A stretch of 62,479 bases of DNA, counting the filler, from Chiloscyllium plagiosum (lineage: Eukaryota): NCBI RefSeq assembly GCF_004010195.1. It is 3 parts of one record of this genome, joined end to end, with 100 filler letters (N's around TTAATTAATTAA, not from the genome) between each part and the next. Parts side by side here need not be neighbours in the genome. Positions count along the whole stretch, not along the records: positions 15,486 to 46,379 come from NC_057712.1; positions 46,480 to 62,479 come from NC_057712.1; 1 more part is not named here. One strand, given 5' to 3'. A program made the translations under genes and the position numbers. Under the pieces are notes generated by a model. It was not told the DNA's origin. It did no database searches and worked only from the letters and a program-made list of their open reading frames with translations. Positions 39,962 to 50,700 of this stretch are shown piece by piece; within the stretch, counting starts at the first letter, position 1, and the number at the start of each line of letters is the position of its first letter.

Positions 39962-40274
39962 CCTTCTTTTGTTTATACAGGATAACTTGCGAGGGCAATG
40001 TGGCTTGAGCTTCATAAGTTTATCTGAATGGCATCTTTATCAAAGAGGAAATACATAAATTGCACAATAACCACTGATTCAGTTTTTGAAACGACAATAT
40101 CTAAATCTATTTTTCCATGGGCTTTGTAAAATAGTTATGTCTTATTGTGCTGAAAATCAAGTCCACCATTTCTGGAGTCGTCACTGAAGATTTTATAAAA
40201 GTGTGCGGATTTCCCCAAGTTACCTGGTTTTTAGACTCAAGTTATCAGAAAGCATTAACTGTATTTGACAATAA

Positions 40275-40457
40275 TTACCATTTAAAGAGAGACATGACTG
40301 GTATAAGTTTAATCTGAGGGTCACCACACCTCAGGCAAAGGGAGAGTTTGAGAAGGAAAGTCCTTCATGGTTACCACAGCCAGTGCAGGGATTGGTGCTA
40401 CAGCGACTGGTCTCACTTTGCATTGGAAACTGGCCATCCAGCCAAATGAGCTAACCA
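40275..40457 (-). mobile_element. tRNA-derived SINE, third family (possibly MetaSINE)
   Basis: Minus strand ggttagctcatttggctggatgg head and gcctgaggtgtggtgaccctcagattaaac core; superfamily assignment from memory. Confidence 0.5.
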
Positions 40458-40636
40458 AGCCTCAAGAATAGGTTGTAACTACAGATAGTTATCTGTAATA
40501 GGTTCTAACGAGAGTTGAGCAATTATGAATTGCTGACATATAACTAGACAGGTTAAAACTCCAATCCAATTATAAAAGATCCCCACCATACATAAATAGA
40601 ATCATAGAATCCCTACTGCAAGCCATTCGGCCCATC

Positions 40637-41200
40637 AAGTTTTTATTGTCATGTGTATTCAAGTACATGAGGACAGTGAGAAGTGTACAAAGTAGACATT
40701 CTGCATCTCCACCTTGGTTACAAAACTAGAATAAAAAAACCCAGCAGAAATAAAAGAAAGTTAAAAGGTAAGAAAAATGAAGTCGTGGATTTGTTCACCG
40801 AGCCGATGTGTTTTTCTGCCTCTCTAGGTGACATCATCAGTAAGAAAAATATCCAGATTTTAAAGTCTGAGTCTTCTCTCCATGAAGGTGTTTGGAACCA
40901 CTGATGCAGGCACACGGGCCTAGCCTGGAGTATCGATCAGCCTTGCATCTCTCACTGGGAGGAGCCAGGCTCTTGCTGCTGCTGACACTGCCGGCACCGC
41001 TGCCTCCGATCACTGGAGGAACTTTCCTGCCACTGGCACTGAAACCACTGCCCCCTCCAGGCACTGGGAGGAACTGCAGCTGCCACCGTCACCTCTGACC
41101 GCCAGGAGGCAGCTGCCACTTTGCACGTAACCCGCTCTCACTGCCATGCTACCACTGCCTCCGATTGCCAAGGGGGGCCTGGGAGGAACCGCAAAGGGGC
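40637..41200 (-). mobile_element. Possible non-autonomous element with Rex/Babar-like tail and internal GC-rich short repeats
   Basis: Minus-strand tail ...cactgtcctcatgtacttgaatacacatgacaataaa; recurrent cactgg(g)agga / ctgcc motifs at 40950-41190. Confidence 0.3.
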
Positions 41201-42254
41201 ATCAAGTTTATGAAATACAACAACATATTCATTTTCATTTGAAAACATATTGCAAAATGCCACATTAAAATAAATTACCTGGACTCCCTCCCCGGCTCTA
41301 GTGACTAATGGACAATTGCAAAGCCATGCAGGTCAGGAAGTTACCAAGCTTGAACCCTGGACTATTCAGCCTTATCTGATTTGTGGTGAATGATGCACAG
41401 TCATTGCAGCCACAATTTCATGGAGTGGGAAGGGAGAAATGAGCTAGAACCTTACTCCTGGGACCAATCATATTCAATATGATCACATCTGATAAGACAG
41501 GGATCAGGTTTCATTGTGATACCTGCCACAATATCAGTAAAAAAATGGACTATAGATTTTTGAACTCCATTATTTGTTTTTAATAGCTGGGACCTTCCTG
41601 AATTACGATGGTTTTAAAAGGGGCAAAACACTGACTGAAAATGGCCACCGTAATCAGCTGACCACACAGGTTGGCCAAGATTCATGAGATCAACACAGAA
41701 TAAACAAAATGATTTGAACTGAAATTAACATTTTCGTCAAAAAATCATTGAAACTAATCCACTCAGTCACTGATTTACACCTGTACGATAAGTTATGCAT
41801 ATAGGGAATAAAAGACATTGTCTAGAATTATTAACCTTAAAAACAAGGAATTCAGACAATGGAATATGCAAAACAACTTGATTTCAGAGAGCTGCATTTG
41901 GCAAATCTGGTGAATGGATTTCCAACCAGGAACAGTTAAGGAGGAAGAAGGCAGAAAACCTGGAGACAGAACTGTTTGAAAAGAACATCAGAGCAATGAA
42001 AACTCAAAGGATGACTGAACATAGGTCCTACTGCTGAGGATACAAGATATCAATTAAACAAAAGTAGTTTCAATGTTAATACTTTATATTCCAAGGATAT
42101 CCTAATGACTTGACACTGTGTGTTCCTTTCACCTTCCTTCTGTACCAGACATTATACTTTGTTAGCTTTGTACAAGTGTTTGTATATGCTTGATGTCAAG
42201 AAATCATTCTTTCTTTCATTCAAGAAAACCTTGTACTTGACCCCTTACTTATGA

Positions 42255-43670
42255 GATCATAAGACCATAAGACATAGGAGCAGAAATTAGGCCATTCAAC
42301 CTATTGAATGTGCTCCACCATTCACTCATGGCTGATAACTTTCTCAAACCCATTCTTCCGCTTTCTCCCCCATAATCCTTGATGCCCTTGATACTCAAGA
42401 ACCTACCTATCTCAGTCTTAAATATACTCAATCAGATCTTATATGATAGACATAGAGTCATAGAATCATACAGCACGGAAACAGACCTTTCGGTCCAATC
42501 AGTCCACGCCAAACATAATCCCAAAGTAGACTAGTCCCACCTGCCTGTTCCTGGTCCATATCCCTCCAAACCTTTCCTGTTCATGTACTTATCCAAATGT
42601 CCTTTGAATGTTGTGATTGTGCCCCCATCCACCACTTCCTCAGGAAGTTCATTCCAGACACGAACTGCCTTCTGTGTTAAACAATTTGTCCCACATGTCT
42701 TTTTAAAATCTCTCTCCTCTCACCTTAAAGATGTACCCCCTAGTCTTGAAGTCCACCATTCTCGGGAAAAGACAACTCCCATTAACTCTATCCATACCCC
42801 TCATTACTTCATAAACTGCTATAGGTTGCCTCTCAACCTCCTACTCTCCAATGAAAAAAATCCCAGTCTATCCAACTTTCCTTTATAATCTGAACCTTCC
42901 ATAACCAGCCACATCCTGGTAAATCTCTTCTGAACCCTCTTCAGCTTAATAATATCCTTCCTATAACTGGGTGATGAGAATTGGACACAGGATTCCAGAA
43001 GGGGCTTCACCAATGTTTTGTACATGACTTCCCAGCTCCTATACTCAAAGGTCTGGGTAATGAAGGCAAGTGTGCCAAACACCTTTTTAACCACCCTGAC
43101 TATATGTGATGCAAACTTCAAAGAATTATCTCCCTGCACCCCTAAGTCCCTCTGTTCTACACCACTACCCAAGGCCCTACTATTAATTGTATAAGTCCTA
43201 TTATTGTTTGTTGTAGCAAAATGTAATACCTCGCATTTATCCAGATTGAACTCCATCTGCCATTTTTCAGCTCATTGACCCATTTGATCAAGTTCCCTTT
43301 GTAATCTTAGAAAACCCTCTTCACTGTTTACTATGTCACCAATTTTGGTGTCGTCCTTAAACTTACTAACCATGCCTTCTACGTTCTCATCAAATCATTT
43401 ATATAAATGACAAACAAATGAGAACCCAGAACTGATCCCTGTGGAACACCACTCGTGACAGGCCTCCAGTCTGTAAAGCAACCCTCCACCATTACACTCC
43501 CGCTGTTAAGCTAATTATGTACCCAATCGGCAAGCTCACCCTGAATCCCATGTGATCTAACTTTACTCATGAGTCTACCATGTGGAACCTCATCAAAGAC
43601 TTTACTAAAGTCCAAGTAAACAACATGCATTGCTCTGCCCTCATCAACATTTTTGGTAACTTCCTCAAAA
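42255..43670 (-). mobile_element. CR1-type LINE RT to 3' end, plus adjacent CR1 tail
   Basis: [13 protein letters not shown]...LESCVQFSSP...LGFFSLESRRLRG on minus strand; SGVPQG region near 43440. Confidence 0.9.
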
Positions 43671-43977
43671 ACAAAGCTATATTTTTATTTGGCACTATTA
43701 ATTGTGCCAAAAAGAGAAAAAAAACTTTGTTGTGGCATCTCCTGCGGAGTTTGAAAAGTGTGGAGCCAAATTGTCTTTCCTCATTGAGTCATTATACATC
43801 CCATATTGCTTAACTTCTCCACATTCATAGGAAAGGCTGACAGTTAAGATAGACACTGAGAAACGAACCAGTAAATGGCTGTTGTATTTTGTTCAGTTGA
43901 AACAGTGAGTGCACTTGTGCTTTCTGTCTGCATAGAACAGGGCCTTGTGAATTTATATTTGCAGCTTCTGAAAAAAT

Positions 43978-44650
43978 GTATTAATTGAGGATATTCTAGG
44001 AGATATGAAGATGTTAACTTGTATAAATTAAACTTATGAAGTGACTTCATAACTGAGTTGTTACTGTGGAACTTATTCCTGATTTACCCATCGAAAGAGT
44101 CGATGTTATTTTGGGTAATGATTTGGCAGATTTGGGGAATTAGCATCTCAGAGAGTTTTGAGAGATTTGAAGTAAAAGAATCCAAAGTTTTTTTCAGAAG
44201 GAACATCCTGGATTATTCTCAAGTTACTAGGCATATGCTAACAAGGGATGAAGCTCACAAAACTAGACAGGATAAAGCAGAATCAATTGAGATGGTGGAA
44301 AACTCAGGTATTTGGCTAAATACGATTTCCTTCAAGTTAGGGTGAAGAGCTGAAAATAATGAGGCTGGTTTGCTTCGCTAAGCTTTCTTACTTGAGTCTA
44401 ATAGGTGGATCCTGGTTGTGGGGATTGTCTCAGAAGCTGCATACTGAGAAAGAATCACAATTGGTCTCTGAATATTATTACCGAAACAAAATAACATATT
44501 GATGAGCAAACAGCGACTTCTTCAGGGACCTGCAGGGGGACAATATTCCATCAAATTGCTGTCCCTCCTGTGTTCTGCAGGAGCATTTTATGAATTGGCC
44601 ACGTGATTCTGATTGTGAGAAATTAGCCAAAGGCAAGACTCAAGTTAAAT
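43978..44650 (+). mobile_element. Degenerate Gypsy LTR-retrotransposon pol fragment (protease C-half followed by integrase Zn-binding region)
   Basis: Hand translation: VNLYKLNL*SDFITE / VTVELIPDLPIERVDVILGNDLA, then HQIAVPPVFCRSIL*IGHVI. Confidence 0.65.
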
Positions 44651-45794
44651 GATGGCTGGTATAGATTGTTTGGTAGATCTGGACCCCTTTTCGTAAGCCC
44701 TGACCAACCCAATAACCTGAGCTGAGCTCCCTCCAGGCTCCATGCTGACTTTTTCATGGCCTGTCTGCAGCATTGACTATGCCTTTGGCTGAACTCATGG
44801 TCCCGCTGAAGTTGCAGGAGCTGCCAGCCAATTGGATTAGTCCCCAGGCTGTGACTATCTCTCTCCGGTGAGGGCTGAGTCCCACGAGTTGAAAATGTAA
44901 TCTACCTGCAGCGTAGGATGACTGCGGAATTAATTTCTTTCTGACCCGTTGACCTTCCTCCAACGGTCAGGTACCCCCTGCACCCCCGAAACCCCCCTGT
45001 AATTTTCATCCTAATGAGTACAATGTCCTCACTCAACTGCCCAACCCACCCACTTAGAGACTTACATTGGACGGAGCAAGGAAACTTTATAAATTTCCAT
45101 GAGAGAACCTCCCCATTAACTTCAAACTAGTAGGAGACACCATGAAGAACAAAGGCAGCGTTTACTGAAAGAGATTTCCATTGGTGGGTGGAGGCCTGAT
45201 TGTTTTGGTAAATCAATTTCTCTGAGAGTGCTCCTCTTAGGTCCTTTAGTAATCTGTGCAAATGGCCAAAGGCCAATCTTTGGCAGCAGCACTGGACACC
45301 TAAACAATGGCCTGACTCAATCTCGGGATGGATATTCTTCAACGACTCTTGGACACAGGATACTGACTGCTAAAAATTGGTTTCAACTGGGGGCTAATGT
45401 CCTCTAACCTGCCAGAGATTATATACTGTGGTTCATGAAGCAACTGCCATTGTATGTTGGCTTATGATGGAAAGAAGTAGTAATCCATTAATTTAGCAAA
45501 TCTTTGATTTTAGCAGTTTGCTGATCGTTAAGATGGTGGGGTTGGCATATTGAGCATGCATTGTGAACTGGTGAGAAGCTTACATAAGAATCCACTTGCT
45601 CAATATCTTGAGCAATGAAATGTTACACATCTGTCTCAGCCTTCAGCTTCCACACAACCCCTACCTGATCCAATTGCACAGTACAATAGCAAAGCTCAAT
45701 CAAATTAAACTGTGAAAACAAATGAAACCCATTTGCCTCCAAGATATGTAACTAAATGAAGAAGGAATCTTTCGGTTCATCAGAATGAATTGAC

Positions 45795-46379
45795 TGATGA
45801 ATAGCCACCTACTTGGAGAAAGGCTGGCCACACTCTCTCAGAATTACAAAGGACCCACTCTGTACTACGTCCTCAGGAGAATTCATACTCTCAACAAACA
45901 GTATTTCAATTCCATCTCAAAAACTGTAAGTACAACAAACTTTTATCCACCCACCTCCATAACCAGCACTCCTCAAACATCCCAGAAGATTCCCCTAGCC
46001 TCGGAAATGCCATTAGCCATGCGGCTGATGCAGCTACCACCCCCACGCTGATTGATGATGTCACTTCCGCCCCCTCATGGCCCCCTCCCACAGCCACTTC
46101 CGCCCCTCACATCATCGCCGATGCCACACGCTCAGTGACTTCCGCCACCCCTACTGCCGTGTCTGCCACCACTTCCGCCCCCACCAGCGCCACTCACCTG
46201 CATTCTGCTGACACGCCCCCCCACAGACCCCACTGTCACTATCCCCACCCCCCCAGAACCCCGAGGGGAACACTACCCCTGCTCATGACTCTACCCCCAT
46301 TCCCCCCACAATCACACCCACTCCAGGTACTGGCTCCGACCCCACTCCCAGCTCTACACCCACACCAGCTCCCAGCCCT
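45795..46379 (+). mobile_element. Probable N-terminal, low-complexity part of a Penelope-like ORF, running into gap
   Basis: CpG-retaining C-rich tract with repeated cacttccgcccc; assignment by resemblance only. Confidence 0.4.
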
Positions 46380-46479
46380 NNNNNNNNNNNNNNNNNNNNN
46401 NNNNNNNNNNNNNNNNNNNNNNNTTAATTAATTAANNNNNNNNNNNNNNNNNNNNNNNNNNNNNNNNNNNNNNNNNNNN
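46380..46479. other. Assembly gap / artificial spacer N44-TTAATTAATTAA-N44
   Basis: 12-mer at 46424-46435. Confidence 0.97.
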
Positions 46480-47236
46480 AGGTAGATAGGATAGTGAAGA
46501 AGGCGTTTGGTATGCTTTCCTTTATTGGTCAGAGTATTGAGTACAGGAGTTGGGAGGTCATGTTGCGGCTGTACAGGACATTGGTTAGGCCACTGTTGGA
46601 ATATTGCCTGCAATTCTGGTCTCCTTCCTATCGAAAAGATGTTGTGAAACTTGAAAGGGTTCAAAAAAGATTTACAAGGATGTTGCCAGGGTTGGAGGAT
46701 CTGAGCTACAGGCAGAGGCTGACCAGGCTGGGGCTGTTTTCCCTGGACCGTCGGAGGCTGAGGGGGTGACCTTATAGAGGTTTACAAAATTATGAGGGGC
46801 ATGGCTAGGGTAAATAGGCAAAGTTTTTCCCTGGAGCGTCGGAGGCTGAGGGGGTGACCTTATAGAGGTTTACAAAATTATGAGGGGCATGGCTAGGGTA
46901 AATAGGCAAAGTCTTTTCCCTGGGGTTGGGGAGTCCAGAACTAGAGAGCATTGGTTCAGGTTAAGAGGAGAAAGATATAAAAGAGACCTAAGGGGCAACT
47001 TTTTCGCGCAGAGGGTGGTACGTGTATGGAATGAGTTGCCAGAGGAAGTGGTGGAGACTGGTACAATGACAACATTTAAGAGGCATTTGGATGGGTATAT
47101 GAATGGGAAGGGTTTGGAGGGATATGGGCTGAGTGCTGGCAGGTGGGACTAGATTGGGTTGGGATACCTGGTCAGCGTGGACGGGTTGGACCGAAGGGTC
47201 TGTTTCCGTGCTGTACATGTCTATGACTCTATGACT
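46480..47236 (+). mobile_element. Young CR1-type LINE 3' end with internal tandem duplication
   Basis: KKAFGMLSFIGQSIEYRSWEVMLRLYRTLVRPLLEYC; very similar to 1-637; ctatgact tail. Confidence 0.93.
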
Positions 47237-47575
47237 CCTCCTCCAACTTCAGCACTGATATAGATGTCTCCACATCCGTTAAATCAGATCTCAGCTCAGG
47301 AAAATTGACTTTCCTGGTTTAATTTTATATTTTTTCTCTCTTGACCTAACTCTATCTCTTGACCATAATTATGTTAATTTTTAGTGAACTAGAAATGACT
47401 TTCCACTGAGTGATGTGGGAGTTGATAAAAGTTGCTTGACTAAAAGGGGGTCAGCACAGAAGTGATGTTAATTCAATTTGCGGGATTCGAAGCTACTTCT
47501 CCTGGCAAATTATCTGACAGGAGGCAGGAGCGGACAGCTGAAAATGATCATTTCAATGCTGACATCCGAGGAGCA

Positions 47576-47704
47576 TCGTGATGAAGGGCTTATGCTCAAA
47601 ATATCGATTCTCCTGTTCCTGAGATGCTGCCTGACCGGCTGTGCTTTTCCAGCAACACACCTTTTGACTCTGACCCTCCAGCATTTGTGGTCCTCACTTT
47701 CTCC
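47576..47704 (+). mobile_element. Short Penelope-derived terminal repeat with decayed hammerhead
   Basis: gtgatgaagggcttatgctcaaaatatcgattc...ctcactttctcc. Confidence 0.8.
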
Positions 47705-47775
47705 TAGATTCTGAAACAAGTGAAAACCATCATAAACCAAAGTACAAATGATATCCAGTTTATAGAATTTTCATC

Positions 47776-47781
47776 TTTATT
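47776..47781 (-). terminator. Candidate polyadenylation signal AATAAA of epiplakin-like gene
   Basis: 4 nt downstream of the TAA stop on the minus strand. Confidence 0.45.
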
Positions 47782-47785
47782 GAAC

Positions 47786-50700
47786 TTATTTACTTTTAAG
47801 AAGCAAGAGACAGAGCCCAGTCTCTGGGTCTTTAACACATCGCTCCATCAACTGCAGATAGGTCAAGTTCTCTTTAGTATTTGGGTCAAAGAATCCTTTG
47901 GTGTCATCCCCAGCATCGGACAGAATCTTGTTCATCTCCTGATCAAACATTCCTCGTTGGTAGGCCACATCGACAGGCAGTCGGTGACTGTGCACAGGGT
48001 CAATGATGCCTCCTGTGGCAATCTGTGCCTCAAGGAGACGGATCCCATGATCTTTCACGATCAGATCCTTCTTCAGGGCCTGAAACAAGGAGATCACATT
48101 CCCTGTGTAGGGATCTTTGTAGCCAGTCACAGCTCTTTCAGCAGACAGCAGTTTCCGATGGAGGTCTGCACTAACAAGTCTGTTGTTTACTGCCTCGTCA
48201 ACAGTGAACTTTGCATTCGTCACTGGATCGATGAGGAATCCAGTCGCAGCCTGCGCCTCCAACAGGATCAAGGCTGTTCCTGGCATCAGAAGATTCTTCT
48301 TCATTGCCTGGTAGATACTCATCTTCTCATTGGTTGACTCTACAAGGACCCCAGCAATGCTGTCTGATCCCTGGAGATACACCTTTACTGATTCCAACTC
48401 ACTAACATCTTGCACAGTCTTCATCCCTGTCTGCAGATCCTGAAATGTTTGTTCATCAATGATCTTAGATTCCACCAGTTCTTCAGCAGTAATTTCCGAG
48501 CGGAAACCTAAAAAGGTGATTGATGTTTCTTTCTGTGTTTGAGTTCCCTCAATGATTGTGCGGATGAGTTTGACGATTGTCTCGAGCTCTATCTCCTTGT
48601 TTCGGTATTTCTCTAACAATTCATTTCTCTTCTTTTCAGTGAAGAGTTGAGAATGGAGAAAGCACCACACAGGAAAGCACACGATTTCCTTTCTCAATGC
48701 TGCTTCTACCTCTTCAGCAGTGAGGAGCTGAGGAACTGCACATGTGACAGTATTGGAAGTAGTCACAGTGACTGTCTCTGTCTGAGTTTGCTCAATAGTT
48801 GTGGTGATAATTTTGATGATGGTCTTCATATTGATCTCCTTCCTCTTGTACTTTGCAATCAGCTCATTCCTCTTTTCCTCAGTGAAATACTCTAAATGGA
48901 GCAGTTCCCACACTGAGACAGTCTTGCCCTTGAATGGACCACATGTCATAGTTATTACTTCGTCTCTAAAAGCTTTTTCAATTTCTACCCTGTTGTAAAT
49001 CTGCTGAGTCTTTACTCCCTTGTTTGTCAACTTTAACAGACAGAGCCCAGTCTCTGGGTCTTTAACACATCGCTCCATCAGCTGCAGATAGGTCAAGTTC
49101 TCTTTAGTATTTGGGTCAAAGAATCCTTTGGTGTCATCCCCAGCATCGGAGAGAATCTTATTCATCTCCTGATCAAACATTCCTCGTTGGTAGGCCACTT
49201 CGACAGGCAGTCGGTGACTGTGCACAGGGTCAATGATGCCTCCTGTGGCAATCTGTGCCTCAAGGAGACGGATCCCATGATCTTTCACGATCAGATCCTT
49301 CTTCAGGGCCTGAAACAAGGAGATCACATTCCCTGTGTAGGGATCTTTGTAGCCAGTCACAGCTCTTTCAGCAGACAGCAGTTTCCGATGGAGGTCTGCA
49401 CTAACAAGTCTGTTGTTTACTGCCTCGTCAACAGTGAACTTTGCATTCGTCACTGGATCGATGAGGAATCCAGTCGCAGCCTGCGCCTCCAACAGGATCA
49501 AGGCTGTTCCTGGCATCAGAAGATTCTTCTTCATTGCCTGGTAGATACTCATCTTCTCATTGGTTGACTCCACAAGGACCCCAGCAATGCTGCTGTCACC
49601 CTCTAGGTATTTCTGTACAGAGGACCTCTTGAGAAGATTTGTAACTGTCAAGTTGCCTGTCTGGACTTCTTCAAATGTCTGGCTATCAATGATTTCAGAT
49701 TTCAGCAACTCCGTGAGAGAGATTTTCTTTCTGAAGCCATCAACCGTAATGTTCGTCTGAGTTCTGTGTTCTCTCTCTTCAATGGTGTTGATGATAATGG
49801 TAATGATCTGTTCAATTGTTAATTTTTTGGAGGTGAATTCTTGTACAATCTCTCGTCTCTTAATGTCTGTGATGTAATCTGAGTTGAGACATTCCCAGAT
49901 TGACATGGCTCTTCCTTCGAATTTCCCCTTTTTGATGGAGATGGTGGCTTTTTGAAAGGCAATGATTGCTTGATTGTCAATATAACGCAGGTCCCTCAGA
50001 CACAACAGACAGAGCCCAGTTTCTGGCTCCATCACACATCGCTCCATCAGCTGCAGGTAGGTCAAATTATCTTTAGTGTTGGGGTCAAAGAATCCTTTGG
50101 TGTCATCACTGGAGTCAGAGAGAATCTTGTTCATCTCCTGATCAAACATTCCTCGTTGGTAGGCCACATCGACAGGCAGTCGGTGACTGTTCACAGGGTC
50201 AATGATGCCTCCTGTGGCAATCTGTGCCTCAAGGAGACGGATCCCATGATCTTTCACGATCAGATCCTTCTTCAGGGCCTGAAACAAGGAGATCACATTC
50301 CCTGTGTAGGGATCTTTGTAGCCAGTCACAGCTCTTTCAGCAGACAGCAGTTTCCGATGGAGGTCTGCACTAACAAGTCTGTTGTTTACTGCCTCGTCAA
50401 CAGTGAACTTTGCATTCGTCACTGGATCGATGAGGAATCCAGTCGCAGCCTGCGCCTCCAACAGGATCAAGGCTGTTCCTGGCATCAGAAGATTCTTCTT
50501 CATTGCCTGGTAGATACTCATCTTCTCATTGGTTGACTCCACAAGGACCCCAGCAATGCTACAGGTTCCTTTCAGGTATCTCTTCACGGACTGGAGCTGT
50601 AAAACCTCTTCTGTAGTGGTGAGTCCTTTGTCAAGTTTTTGGAACAAATTCTCATTAATAATGTTGCTTTCCAATAACTGCTGAGCAGATACCTTTCGTC

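Noticed and set aside
47720..50536. Plus-strand ORFs of 126-205 aa repeated three times
   Set aside because: Antisense shadows of the epiplakin-like repeats.
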